From: Lingula anatina
Lineage: Eukaryota; Animalia; Brachiopoda
Direction of reading: 5' to 3'
DNA length: 64,000 nt
Assembly: GCA_051362555.1 (NCBI GenBank)
Contig: CM120644.1
Coordinates: 3,480,954 to 3,544,953, forward strand
Of the stretch, positions 1 through 13,103 are shown in pieces (the first letter of the stretch is position 1; every line of letters begins with the position of its first letter). The translations under genes were made by a program, and so were the position numbers. Under the pieces are notes generated by a model, which saw nothing but the letters and a program-made list of their open reading frames with translations, was not told the DNA's origin and ran no database searches.

Positions 1-169
1 AACACCTTTAGATACCACTGACTGTAACACAATCACAACAGATAGATAATTTATTTAGGAGTACTAGTTTCACATGACAAAGAATTATAGCATTTTCCCC
101 CTATTTTGACTTGTTTCAACATTAATATCACATTCAATAAAAAATTATGCACTTGATGATAATATTTAT

Positions 170-820
170 CTATTGCTAAGAGCACTACTGACCAATTCTA
201 ACCTACACTTGACAATACACTAAACTTCAGAGTTTACAGAAGGGAGACAATTAGTAAAGATATATTTGTTTTTCATGAAGAACAACATATGGCTAGTTTC
301 AAGGTGGCCCATTTGCTGAAATATCAATGTGCCTGTCAGGTTCTTGAGTAGCACCGAGCAAACTTGACAGAGGTACGTCGTCATCAGAATCACTTACATT
401 GCAACATACATCTGAAAAAATAATATCACACAGTTAAAAAGATGCTGACATGTGTTAATTGCCCATGTTATGTTAAAGTCCACTGTGCGGACAGCACTGA
501 CCTAGTTCTTTGTGCACTTGTAAAACTATCAAGCAAAAATTAAATATATAATTTCGGGCAGCTTACCATTATGTTGTGAATTTGTTAATTTAATACATCA
601 GTGTGTCTTTCTGATTGTTGACAATCACTTAGCAAACTTGACAGTGGTGCAACTAAATCATCTGCAACACTTGTATTATTACATTCATCTGAGATGATAA
701 AATAATATTTTACTGTTAAAAAGGTTCTGACATGTGCTAGTCTCTTATTATTTGTCATTAGTACAAGTCCACTGTGGTGAGAGCACCTAGCTGCCTTTGA
801 ATTCTATACTGGTAATAATG
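170..820. repeat. Degenerate tandem repeat, period about 285 bp
   Basis: AGCAAACTTGACAG recurs at about 357 and 631, and AAGTCCACTGTG at about 476 and 765. The copies are diverged and the boundaries approximate. Confidence 0.55.
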
Positions 821-1130
821 TTGTCGGTACAGTGGAAATATCTAACTGAGCATGACACACAAGGGACAGAATAATAGTGCCCATGTATATAAAACATTTT
901 ACTTTCAACTCCATAAACTAAAAAGTTCTAGTTATAGACCAGAAAGCTTACCGATTTTTGCTGCCAGATTTTTCTATTTATTTTTGCTCCTGCGAGCCTT
1001 TACCTATTTTAATGGCATCTGAAAACAAAACAAAAATAATAATTATAATGATGTGAGACACATTTTACCGCATTGTTTTCATTACTTAGGTATAAATCAC
1101 GGATAAAAATGCCATCGTTTGTAGCCCATT

Positions 1131-1540
1131 GATAACGACAGTCGCCGCCATCTTGTTTTATTGCCATCTTTACCAATGAATATTTCTAAGAAACCATGTT
1201 AATTTTAACTAAGTTTATCCCTAGGGCCTTCCACTACTTGTTTAGTTGGACACAGTTTAACTGTCAACGCAAAGTGCAGGTCCAATTTCGTGTTTGGCTT
1301 TGCATTTGAAGCCCCTCGATAACGATAGTCGCCGCCATCTTGTTTTATCGTCATCTTTACCGATAAATATTTCTAAGAAAACAAGCTAAATTTTAACTAA
1401 GTTTATCCCTAGGACCGTCCACTACCTGTTTAGATGGACATAGTAAAACTGCCAACGCATTGTACAGATCCACTTTCGTGTTCGGCTTTGCATTTGAACC
1501 CCGGCGATTATGATCTGCACCGCCATCTTGCTTTATTGCC
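1131..1540. repeat. 187-bp tandem repeat (two full copies plus a partial one)
   Basis: GATAACGA(C/T)AGTCGCCGCCATCTTGTTTTAT starts at 1131 and 1318; a partial third unit starts near 1506. Confidence 0.9.
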
Positions 1541-2025
1541 CGATTTATTGTTTAAATTTTCATTGAAAACGAAGCTGTTATAAATTAAATTATCAACCAA
1601 TAAAACCAACGTGTTATTCAGTCATCAATAATATATAAAATCCAACGTACAAAAAATCAAATGGCCCGTGTTAGACCTTAGGTAACAAGGCATTCAGACT
1701 CGCTTGTTCGTCGCCATATTGCTAATTAGAATGCAACAACGGATTGAAGGCAATTTTTCACGATGACATCTGCTCCAAAATATTGCAAATTTTACACACA
1801 AGTGAACCCTGTTAGTTTTCACTTCTGCACATAAATTTTCAGAGAAACTACAAGACTAAAAGCGGTAATTTACCTACCTTGAAATCGCCCACATGCAACA
1901 GAACTCGACCTTCGCACGAACACAACGCGACTGACTACTTCCGCCGTACGAACGTCTTTCCACAGTTAATCGGATTACCCTTTGAACAATTGCCGAGTGT
2001 CGAATCTTTGGTATATTAGATCTTA

Positions 2026-4695
2026 GGTGCGGAGATAAGATGATAGCTTTAAGTGGCTTGGAACAATGCCTTCGCGTGACACTTTGATCACTTATTGGTT
2101 ATTCATCTTAACCATTATCATTGTTGGCGTATCTTACCGACTCTGCATATAAAACTTGTTTGTTTGGGTGACAAGATAACAGCTACAAGTAGTTAGAAAC
2201 AATGTCTACGCGTGACACCAGAATCAGTACAAGCACTTCGTAACTATTATCACTGCGCTAAAAACTGATGTGATAATTTAATGGCACATACGACCAAAAT
2301 ATTGATCTTTAATTTAGTTATTTATTCATTTATTATACTATTTATTTTATCGTAAAAATCTGTTTCATGATGAAAATAATAGCTGATAACAGGAGGGAAT
2401 CATGCATCTAGCGCAAACTCTTCATTGCAATAAACATTGTTGCAGAATAGACATCCATTTTTAATTTGGCCTTTCAGGAAATCATTTAGGTGTAGGTACA
2501 GGGTATGATAAACTCCAGAGGAAAATTCAAATGTTAAAAATTAACTTGTGCAATAAATACCGACTACTGATGTTGTATACATGTATCACCATTTTGTTTT
2601 TGTGTATTTTATTGCAGGTTTCAATTCCGGTATAGATTGTGGCAAATATTAAAAAAAGACATTACCTGGGGTTTCCTTCTTTTTAGGAAGCTGCATTTAC
2701 TTGAAACAATTGACTGAAAATGGGACAATCCAACAGTAAACACCTTGTGACATATAGAGACAGGCATTATAAGCATTGGGTTCATGCAAAATTGTCAGTA
2801 TAGGCTAAACGCTATGGTAATGACAGACAAATGTGTGACGGTTTACTTCATTGTGATCGTCCTATAAAACCAATGGGCGGTGACTTTGATAGAGGGCACT
2901 AAAGTGAATAGAATGTACAAAAAATGGACATTTCAGCCTTGTTGTCAATGTTTGACTGGTAATTACGTAAATTCTCAGGCGAATTAAATTCCCAAAAAAA
3001 AATCTTTGAATCAACCAACAAGACGATAATTGATTTTGAAGGTTAAGGAACAAACAATCATCTCAAAACCATAAATGAAACAGTCTACTTTTCTATAATC
3101 TCGCAGCAAATTTACCATGTTGTTAGTCATTGGGCGATCATATTTTTTATATATTGCACTTTGAATAAGACCATTTCCCACTGTCTGTTTAAAGGTATAT
3201 TTCTATTTGTCATATGAAGAGACACTTGTTTCATCCAATAAATGCAGTAATGCTGCACATCAAATATCACAAATAACAATTCTGGACCATCAAACCACCC
3301 TTTTTCTTTTACAAAAACTAGCTTAAATGTGTTTGTTTCACACATGAAGTCGCTGAGGTGAAGGTAAAACGATAAATAAAATACCTATGAAGTTTTCCAT
3401 CTCTATCATGACATATATGTTCATATTTCTCATATTAAGTCACACTTGTGAAACTAATAATTGCCGTTGTCCTGCATTTCACATTTCAAGCAAATGGGTG
3501 AAAACAGATTCAATGAAACCGTGAACGACATACAAATCTATCTATCTATCTATCTTTACATAATTTCTAGTGCATTGAACATTGAACATGCATTCTGAGA
3601 TGTTTTATAGTAAGTTTTACATGCTGACATCAAATAACAAACCCATTGTGTATGGTGGCCTCCTGGATTAGAGTCGATTGTGCTCAAATATACAATTTTA
3701 GGACAAAGTAATTGGTACATATTAAAATAAAGACATTGGACGAACTCAAATTCATCAAAAATGTAAATAATTTTTTTTCAAAATTCATCAATATCAGTAA
3801 TAAAATCTGAACTAAGCACTTTAAGAAAAATTGCTGGCATGGTTTTGGAATTGTATTATTAAACTGGCGTCAAAACGGTGTTTGTGGTTACTCGGGAAAA
3901 GGAAGGTTGAGAAACCAAATATATATTTTTATCCCAAAATCGCAATTATGACGTCACTCGTAAGATGACATGAGTGTAAATGTGAATTTATTTGGTCCAT
4001 GAACTCAGAATATTTATCTGTTATCCGATGAATGTATGTCAGACAATAAATGAGGAATCCTAGCAAATACTTACAGTATCCTTTAAAGCAGCAGTAATGT
4101 TCATGTTACAAGGTAGTTGATTGTACTGAATTGTTTAAACTGGATAATTTTAAATTGCCATACCGGCTGTTATCTATAGTCTGAAAAATGTTATGAATTA
4201 AACTTCTGAGAAGTAGTTAATACCCCCTACACATTAGAGGCTGAATGAGCAAGAATGCCGTCGGAAAGACAATTCTTTGTGCGTTCCTGGACATTCGAAG
4301 AGCATTCTTAATATATATATCCACGATACGACCTCGATCAGACTTTGGCTGCGGTAGAAATTGCCATTTTGAATGGGGTATTTGTAATGCACAAAACCTT
4401 TCTATACAGTGATACAGTGGGGCTGCTACCTTTGCTTACTGGACGTGACCCTTAAGTGCTGGAGGGTCCATACATTTATTTATTAACATTATACAAGTAT
4501 TTCTGTGTTGTTTACAATGTATTTATTTTGGAATTTTGAATTTCATGTGAAGACTCATCATCCCTGTAATCACGAGTCACCGGAAATAGGTCCGTAACTT
4601 TCGATAAAAAAATAAAATGGCCTCCCGAAGCAACCAAGGTGAGTGTATATCTTAATTTTGTCCCTGCTTGTCAATCTAACTTGAGCGAATAGCAG
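2026..4695 (+). repeat. Locally duplicated non-coding module, copy A
   Basis: 2026-3530 aligns by eye with 13104-14610, 3730-4200 with 16300-16800, and 4323-4695 with 18984-19352. Confidence 0.9.
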
Positions 4696-4845
4696 TGTGA
4701 CAGGAATGGTAGTCCTAGGAATGGAAGCCCGGGCTCCTATTTCATTAGTTCACGTTAGGGTTAGTCGGAGTATGGGACGAATGTCATTTGTACAAAGTAA
4801 TTGGGAACGGCCTACGGTTCCTAGCAGACTATCATTCCTGTTACA
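4696..4845. mobile_element. 150-bp Ginger-like MITE (TGT...ACA termini)
   Basis: TIRs TGTGACAGGAATGGTAGTC / GACTATCATTCCTGTTACA closely resemble the ends of the element at 35883-38044. The paralogous module copy diverges at this point (19352). No intact TSD. Confidence 0.75.
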
Positions 4846-6283
4846 CCGAGAGTTATGCCGTCAAGTGGTTCGTTGAGCTAGCTGATCACTTTTAGCAGGA
4901 AGTAGCGTGATGCAAATTTTCCAATGGTAAGATTATTATTTCTTTGGTGTTATGAGCAGTGAATACAAGTACAAATATTGCGCATATAATATGAAGGCAA
5001 TTTACAACTCTTGAAGGTGTGACATTGCATTTATTTTCAGTCAATTTGCTGTCAATTTATTTGCTGCATTGACCGATACCACGAAAAACAATGGAAAAAG
5101 GTTTCATGCGAGGATTTAAACATTGTAATTTGAGATTTTTATATATCTGCTGTAACTAAAACGATGCTTAATACACAACCCAATGTAAAGGTGGCATTGA
5201 TGTCATAAGTGTGCTCTTTAAAATATTTAGTACAAAGACTGCAAACTATGTTTGGTTATTTTAGGGTCCCACATGAAGAAGTTTGTATCAAAGTGTCACT
5301 CTCCTGGAACCATGAATAAAGAATGTCTTTCCCAAAAAAGGAACATACTTTATTGTCATAAATGCAAAACGTCCAGCTGTGAAACGTTTTACTCCCTTTG
5401 AAAATGCAATTATCACTGGTTATGACCTTTGATTTATCTCCTACAAGTAAAACGTTGTAAAAAATTATAACCTTATGTAAAGAGCAGTTAATTTTTTTTT
5501 GAGCGACTTAAGTTTGCTTGTCACTGAATGATAAAAAAAGGGGAATATACACCCTGCCGACAGTATAATAAGCATTAAATAAATAATTTTTTCCTTCGTA
5601 ATCCAAATATTCTATCAGAAATGTTAAAAAAAAATCGTGGAATCAATATATTTTTTCGGTCAGCAACAGAAAACAATGTTTTCTATTGCATCTAGTACTT
5701 GAACAAAATGAAACTTTAAGACAATTTTTAGGGAACATACGTTGTCCAGCATTAGCCATCAAAGGCCCTTGAGTTATAGTTTAAATATTTATAAAAACGT
5801 CCTTACGTCATGCATAATTTACCATGACTGAATCATTACGGAATATATAGGAACACGGTAAAAATAAAAATAAAATAACCCGGAACATACGTTACCATAC
5901 GTTTCCGGAGCATACATTACCATTTTGGCCGCTTTGCGTAATGTTAAGACATGGTAAAAATTAAAATTTGAATTTAAACTGAGACAGTCGTGGATTTTTG
6001 GTCTATACAAGTATGTTTTAAAAAACTGAATACAACTTTGAATTCATTCTATTTTATTTTTGGACACTTCAGCATGTGAAATACACATCTACTGTATATT
6101 GAGTTTGGGTGTTAGGAGTTCTTAAAGGACCCCGGAGGTATAGATTGCACCTATAACAATTAAGTCGTACTGAATCATGATAGTTTGTGCAATAATTTGT
6201 CTTCTTTCTTTTTCCTCTTATTTAGGCGAGTTTTAAGATGATTTAACATCACGTCGACATACATTTCCCATAGCATCAAATTA

Positions 6284-7415
6284 TAGACTTGACATTTAAT
6301 ATTGATTTTTTCACCAAATCATTTTTCATCAGTTTTTTCCTATTTTCCTGACTGATAAATGAAAATAAGGATTATAACCGTGTTTTAATAAAATTTAATT
6401 ATCTCTTTCATGTCATTGTGACACCAGTTAATTAATTAAATTCGCCAGTGAAGCAAACAAAAATACACTGCCTATTATATGTCATACGACAACCATTAAA
6501 CGAGATATTTTAGATCTTCATATTTTCCGAATTATCGTCTCTAAAAGAGTTACACGCTCCACAAAGGACTCTTATGTCAACGGTCGCTGTTAAGCCTGAC
6601 CTCTTTTGGCTGCTACCAGCGCTCTCAAGCCGCGAGGCATTCCTTGGGATAGGTTTTTAGAGTTCAATCTGGAATAACATTCCAGGCATCGTTCAAAACT
6701 TGTCCAATTTGGTTCAGTTCTGTTGTAGGACATGACCTTCCCACATTTTATCTATGTGGTTCAAATATGGCAATTTTGATGACCTTTATTTGATCTGGTT
6801 CAGGTCTTCGTCGATGACTACCATTGGTGTTTTGGCACCAATGTGGTATCCACTCCAAATACTGACGCTGTCAATGATCCTAGTCATTTTAGACGCTGTG
6901 AACGCTTCGTCGTAGGCCTCTTCTGGATGTCTGTAAACCCTGTTTTGACTAGTTGAGCGGTACAGGTGAAATCTGATCTCAACAAAGAAAGCCACGCGGT
7001 TTCAGTGTTCCTCTCAGAAACGGTTACGCTCCCCAATTCATTAGAGAACCAGACGACGATGTTTTGCTATTTACAGTGGGTTCTTCGGAGGTTGTCTGGT
7101 ATTCTAATCTAACATGCTAAAACCAGTTTGGTTTTCGCTAAGAGCCTTGCAAAACGCGTTTTGGTGGCAATTTACCCCTCATTTTGAACAGACTGGGTGT
7201 TTTTTGTTTAGTTGCAGCAGGGTACAGCAAAGACAGTAGCTCCTGTACCCTGGTGGTAAGATTTCGATACATTGGGTGTACATGTGGCCTTTGTGTAGGT
7301 ACATCAGTCTGGGCATTACTCTATAAAACTGTGTGAACCGTTCGGTTTGGTTCAATAATCTGTCTGTCAATGTCTGTTTATGGCAACATTCTGCCACAGA
7401 TTAACAAATTTGTAA
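6284..7415 (-). mobile_element. Truncated Tc1/mariner copy (one TIR plus degenerate transposase)
   Basis: TIR TAGACTTGACATTTAAT follows a TA. ORF 6786-6995 is homologous to the other two copies. Homology stops at about 7415, where the L1 element begins. Confidence 0.85.
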
Positions 7416-10400
7416 AGCACTGATAATGGACAGTTTGGATTTAATTGATATCTGGCGAGATCTGAATGCGGAATGTAGAAAATTTACTTGGTTTGGACCA
7501 AATAAGGAAAAAAGCAGACTTGACTATTTTTTTATTTCTTCTGATTTACAAGACATAGCTGTTGCTGCTGGCATGGATTTTGCCTATAAATCAGACCACT
7601 CTCCAGTAAACATGGAGATTAATTTTATTCGAATTGAGAGAGGAAGGGGGACGTGGAAATTCAACAACAGTCTGTTAGGCGATTGGAATTATGTAGACTT
7701 AATTAACAAAAAACCGTAAAAGAAGTGATAAAGCAGTACAGAACAGACGATAATGAAAACGTGGAAATGGCAGAATTTAATATTGACGATTCTTTGCTAT
7801 GGGAAACCTTAAAATTTAGTATTAGAGGTGAAACGATTAAGTACGCATCCTTTAAAAAAAGAGAAGCAGAAAAAGAAGAAAAAACGATTAAGTACGCATC
7901 CTTTAAAAAGAGAGAAGCAGAAAAAGAAGAAAAAATAATAAGTGAAGAATTAAACAAATTATATGACTTTCCAAACAACAGGGATGATGAGACTATTCGG
8001 TTGGCAATAAAGAAGATGAATTAAAAAGTATACGTGACAAAAAAATGAGGGGATTATTTTAAGGACAAAAGCAAAATGGAAAGTAGAAGGAGAAGAAAGT
8101 TCAAAGTATTTTCTTAATTTAGAAAAAAGGAATTATTGTGAGAAATCGATATCTAAATTAAGGAGGAAGGACGGAAAAGAAATAACAAATATCCACGATA
8201 TCTTAAAAGAACAAAAAAGCTACTATAGTGATTTATACCAGGAAAAAGACACTCTAATGGATAACGTCCATAGTTATACCTTTTCCAATGACGAAAATCC
8301 ATTTATTAAAAAAACTTCCAGAAGAAAAAAAGATTACTATGAATGGCTCTCTGTTCCAAACAGAATGTCTCAAACTAAAGAAAATGAAGAATGGAAAATC
8401 CCCTGGTTTAGATGGCTACACGGTAGAATTTTATAAATTCTTTTGGACTGATCTCAGAGAGCCTCTGCTTAGGTCACTGAATAAATCCTTTGAATTACAG
8501 TCAATGTCTACATCTCAACGCCAAGGTATAATCAAGTGTATACCAAAGGAGGGGGGGGAGAAAGCATTCCTTAAGAATTTGCGTCCAATTACTTGCTGAA
8601 TGGTGATTAAAAAACTTGCTTCTGCTTGCATAGCAGCCAGAATCTAATTACACATTGACGATATCATCTCTTTTGCACAGGCTGGATTTGTTAAAGGTCG
8701 CTATATAGGCAAATGTCCAAGAACTATTCAAGTTTTCTTCCATAAAACAGAGAAGGATGACATTTCAGGAATTTTATTTATGCTAGATTTCGAAAAAGCT
8801 TTTGATACTGTAGAGTGGACATATATTTTGCAGTGTCTTAATTTTTTAAATTTTAGTGAAGATATTCAAAACTGGTTCAAAACCCTTTACTCCAATGTTT
8901 CCACTGCAATGGAGAATAATGGACATCTAACAGAATTCTTTAATGTCACTCGGGGTGTTAGACAGGGTGATCCTCTGTCCCCTTACATATTTATAATCTG
9001 CATAGAATTGCTCAGCGCGGCGGTCAAATTTGATCCAAACATAAAAGGGATCTTACTGAATAACTCAGAATACGTCATTACACAATAGCAGATGAATCCA
9101 CGCTCCATCTAGCAGATGATAGAGAGTCATTGAATGCAGCTCTGGATATGCTAAAATTGTTCTTGCAATGTTCAGGATTGAAAATAAATTTTGAAAAAAG
9201 CCAGGATGTTTGGATTGGAGCAAATCGCTGCTGTGGTGAGGAGTATCAAACCTCAAAAAGTATATTTTGGAATCATAGTGGGGAATTTAAACTACTGGGT
9301 ATTTGGTATAACCTAGCAAAGGATGACATTTATGAAGAAAATTTTAGAGAAAAATTACATTCTACCAAATCGTTGTTAAATGATTGGTCGTTCCGTCATA
9401 TTTCACTCCTAGGTAAAGTGACTATTTTAAAATCCTTGGCACTCCCTACCATCATCCAAATATTGACTGTCCTTCCTATGCCTGCGGATCATTTCTTTAA
9501 AGAATTGGAGCGAGTTTTTTATCGCTTTATCTGGAACAGCAAAATAGATAAAGTGAAGAGAAATATTATGATTAATTCTTATGAAAACGGTGGATTAAAG
9601 GTCCACGAGGTGAAATTTTTCTGTAAAGCCCTTAAATTGATATTGCTAAAGAAATCCACATAATTGTTCTTCGTGGAAAACTCTTTTGATGGATGATATT
9701 GCAGAAATCGGAGGAATTGGCGTATTGCCACTTCCATTGAAGGGCTTACAGTCTATACGCAATATTAATATATTAAATACGTTCTGGAAAGAGATTTTGG
9801 GAATATGGGATTCTGTGCAAGAATTTTCTACTACATCTCCGGATGATAACCTAGCACAACCTTTATGGGGAAATGATCATATTAAGATCAATAAAAAGAT
9901 AATATTTTATAAACCTTGGTTTCGAAAAGGAGTGCTTTACGTTAATGACCTGATTGATAATACTGGTTCAGTAAAAAGTCTAGACGATTTTTGTGATGAA
10001 TATATTAAAGATTGTAATTTCCTTGCCTATCAAGGCGTCATCAGCGCTTTACCTTCTACCTTCTACCTAAGAGGGTATCAAAAGAACCTTTCAGCAATAA
10101 CAAATAAAAATCTCTTATTATTAAAATCGAAAAACAAATTAACGAAACTTTTTACCCAAAATTTATTTCAGATAAGGAAGCAATGCCTTTTAACATCCAT
10201 GACAAGTGGAGGGAAAACCGGAACATTGATTTTCCGAGTGAAAAGTGGAAACTAGTTCATGCATTGCCCTTTCGAGAAACGAATGATCATAAACTTCTCA
10301 CATTACAATTTAGAATTTTACATAGAATTTATTTTACGAATTTGATGCTTTTTAAATATAATATGTTAGAACATGAGCGATGCACTTTCTGTATAACCCA

Positions 10401-10893
10401 AAAGAAACGTTATTGCATATTTTCTGGGATTGTACATATGTTCAAGCTATTTGGACTTGTCTCATGCAGAACCTACGTACACAGTACTCTGTTGAATTAC
10501 AGCAACAACCTTGCCTGTTTACCGTATTTGGAATCCTGGACGGCAGCCCTTCCCTAGGTATTAATCTACATGTACTACTTCTCTGTATAAAAAATATTTC
10601 ACTCTATGTATACAGAATAAAATTACACCTCTTTGGAATGCCTGCAAAAAGTATTTGGAAAAGCAAAAGAAAATAGATTTTCAATCTTCACACCTACTGG
10701 GTCCTCAAAAGGCAGATAATCTAAGAAAAAATGGTGAAGTATAGAAAAATATTGATATGAATAGAAAAAACATTTGTCGTAGCCTAGGCCTACTAAAACT
10801 TTGTTTTGCACTGAGTGTGTGAATGGTGTGTGGAAGGTATATGTGTCTCTTATTGTGTTGTCAATGTCCTGTATTAATATTCGTGAAAAAAAA
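7416..10893 (+). mobile_element. 5'-truncated L1/Tx1-clade LINE, ORF2 pseudogene
   Basis: APE endonuclease tail (DIWR, FTW, SRLDYF, SDHSPV, WKFNNSLL) and RT motifs (KSPGLDG, LDFEKAFD, RGVRQGDPLSP). YADD is decayed to Q*ADE. C-terminal CxxC..ETxxHxFWDC knuckle and an A8 tail at 10886-10893. Many stops and frameshifts. Confidence 0.95.
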
Positions 10894-10907
10894 TATATAT
10901 ATATATA

Positions 10908-11147
10908 CAACATTGGTCAAAAAGGTTGTCTCACCCCCATTTCCATGTACTTTTATCTACAAATGATCACCTCACAGCTGTAAATTGTTAGAAACAGTGA
11001 TTTTTATTGCAGATACCGTGTCTTACATTATTAATGGTAAAAAAATACACAAAAAAATGGTGGAAATATGCGCTTTTATACCATTTAGTAAAATGTATAT
11101 GAGGTACCCCCTCAAATCCACTGTTTCACTGTGACTTCTACAGATGT
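10908..11147 (+). repeat. About 240-bp interspersed repeat, probably one end of a TA-targeting DNA transposon
   Basis: TA|CAACATTGGTCAAAAAGGTTGTC...TTCTACAGATGT recurs at 45575-45814. Confidence 0.75.
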
Positions 11148-11329
11148 TCTAAGTGCACTAAGTCACATGACCCTGTGATTAGAGGTTGCAGTAATGTGAA
11201 CACTGTTCAATCACGTGAGTTAGAGTATATATAGAGCAGCAATCTCAAGGGAAAGGTATTAGTCAAATAAAAGTCGTACAGGACACCTCAATCTGGTATC
11301 GCAGATAGCATAAAATGTAAGTAATGTAG

Positions 11330-11494
11330 CAGGGGCGAATTTAGGCCATCTTCTAGGTCTTTTGGAAGACGGTCAGATTTCAAGTTTACATTGATGGGTA
11401 TCTTATTTTTTCTGTCGGAAGACAGTCAAAAATGGAGGATGGATCAACAAAGATAATTGGGAAGACTTTTAAAATATATCTGGATCCGTCACTG
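11330..11494. mobile_element. hAT-like MITE
   Basis: CAGGGGCGAATTTAG...CTGGATCCGTCACTG termini; a related inverted copy lies at about 21935-22092. No clear TSD. Confidence 0.6.
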
Positions 11495-12030
11495 CCGTAG
11501 TAATGTATCTAATAGTTCATGTTTTCTAATATTTCAGTACTTTATTGTTTATCGTATATTTATGTCATTATTTATTTATTATTAGAATTGTACAAAGCAA
11601 GACAAAAAAGAAAGAAAGAAAGTAGTAATGTATCAACAGTATCAAACAAATATTGTAACAAATTGTGCTGTCGACGGACCCATACCGCTTACTCGTCAAT
11701 AAAGGGCATTTTTATGCTTAACGTAGTCTACTATACTGGTAAGGTATCCTTTTTTTGATATTGTTAAGGGTTTGAGTGCAAATGTTTGAATCTGAAGTAT
11801 GGTGTTTGCTGAAGCATGGGGAGTATTTTTAACGCAATAATCGTAATAATGGTTTTTAACCTACAGGCTTCAAATCTGGCAATTTTGCAAATACAGGTGC
11901 TCTATGTGGACAAATAGTTTCATCTTGTTAAGTGAAATTGCTCCTGAGTTGCCCTCAAGCAAATACGAGGCCGACGATTTCCAAAATATTCCTGTACTTG
12001 ATGTGGTTAAGGTTTCGATCGTTGCTTATA

Positions 12031-12231
12031 CCCCTTTACACTGGACGGCGTCCTTTCTGCGACCATGAAATTTGGCATCGCTTAATAAGGAGACACGAGC
12101 ATTAATTTTGTACCAGAATGAATGCTCAATGACCAGCCAGTTGTCGGCACGTAAAATGTTTTAATTTTTAACTCTCAAATGTGGCCGGACTGCTGGACGC
12201 AGAAAGGACGCCGTCCAGTGTTAAGGGGCCC
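12031..12231. mobile_element. PIF/Harbinger-type MITE
   Basis: TIRs of about 30 bp, CCCCTTTACACTGGACGGCGTCCTTTCTGCG / CGCAGAAAGGACGCCGTCCAGTGTTAAGGGG; the right end is followed by TTA. Confidence 0.75.
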
Positions 12232-13103
12232 TTACCAATGAGGTTTTGGCGACAATGTGAGTTTCTCCCCAAATGCAAATAATGACCCCACCATCTCAAT
12301 TCGCTCTGATATACTCGATACAGAAGATCAAATTTGTCTACATTAATAAGTATGTCCATCAGAGAGGTCATAACGCTTAGATTACCGGTACCTTGTTTTG
12401 GGCACATTTACACTGTAAGATTTCAATGATGTTCCAATAAACTGAGATCTCATAAATACCCTTAATGCGCATATACAGTAAAAGTTATTCACAAAAAAGA
12501 CATTTCATCCATACTAGTACATGTCATCATTTTATGGGAAGAGAATCATGAAACAGTAGAACGGCATGTAAAAAGGTGAAAATAAACACGTCGTCAAACA
12601 GTGTGATCAACCGCAATAACTAACATATACGTCAAACATATTGTGACACGCCCGCAAGTAAGGAGAAATAGGCGAATGAAACCCAAGCCATATCATAATA
12701 TATTTTTATTATTCCAGAGTAATTTGATCTGCCAATATTTAGCCGAATACCACCCCAAAGGCGGTCGCCACCTTTGTTTATAATTTTATTTTTTGTAATA
12801 TTATAAAGAGTACGAGTTAAGATATGCTAAAAGAAAGAAAAATTAAATTCCGTCGTGCCGCCACAATCGTCAGTTGGGTGAATGTGTTGTTTCATAACGT
12901 TTAAAATAATTTAATCCTTATTGTGTTAATAGAAAAGGGTGAACAAACAATGGACAACCATATCAATGCTGTCAAATTTTAAACGGAATCACACAATAGC
13001 TTAGACGGGTGAACCACATAACGCAGGCATCTATGGTCCAGCGATTCACTGTAATTAGGTGTAATTAACAGCAGAACACATCAGCTGAAAGATCATAATG
13101 TTT

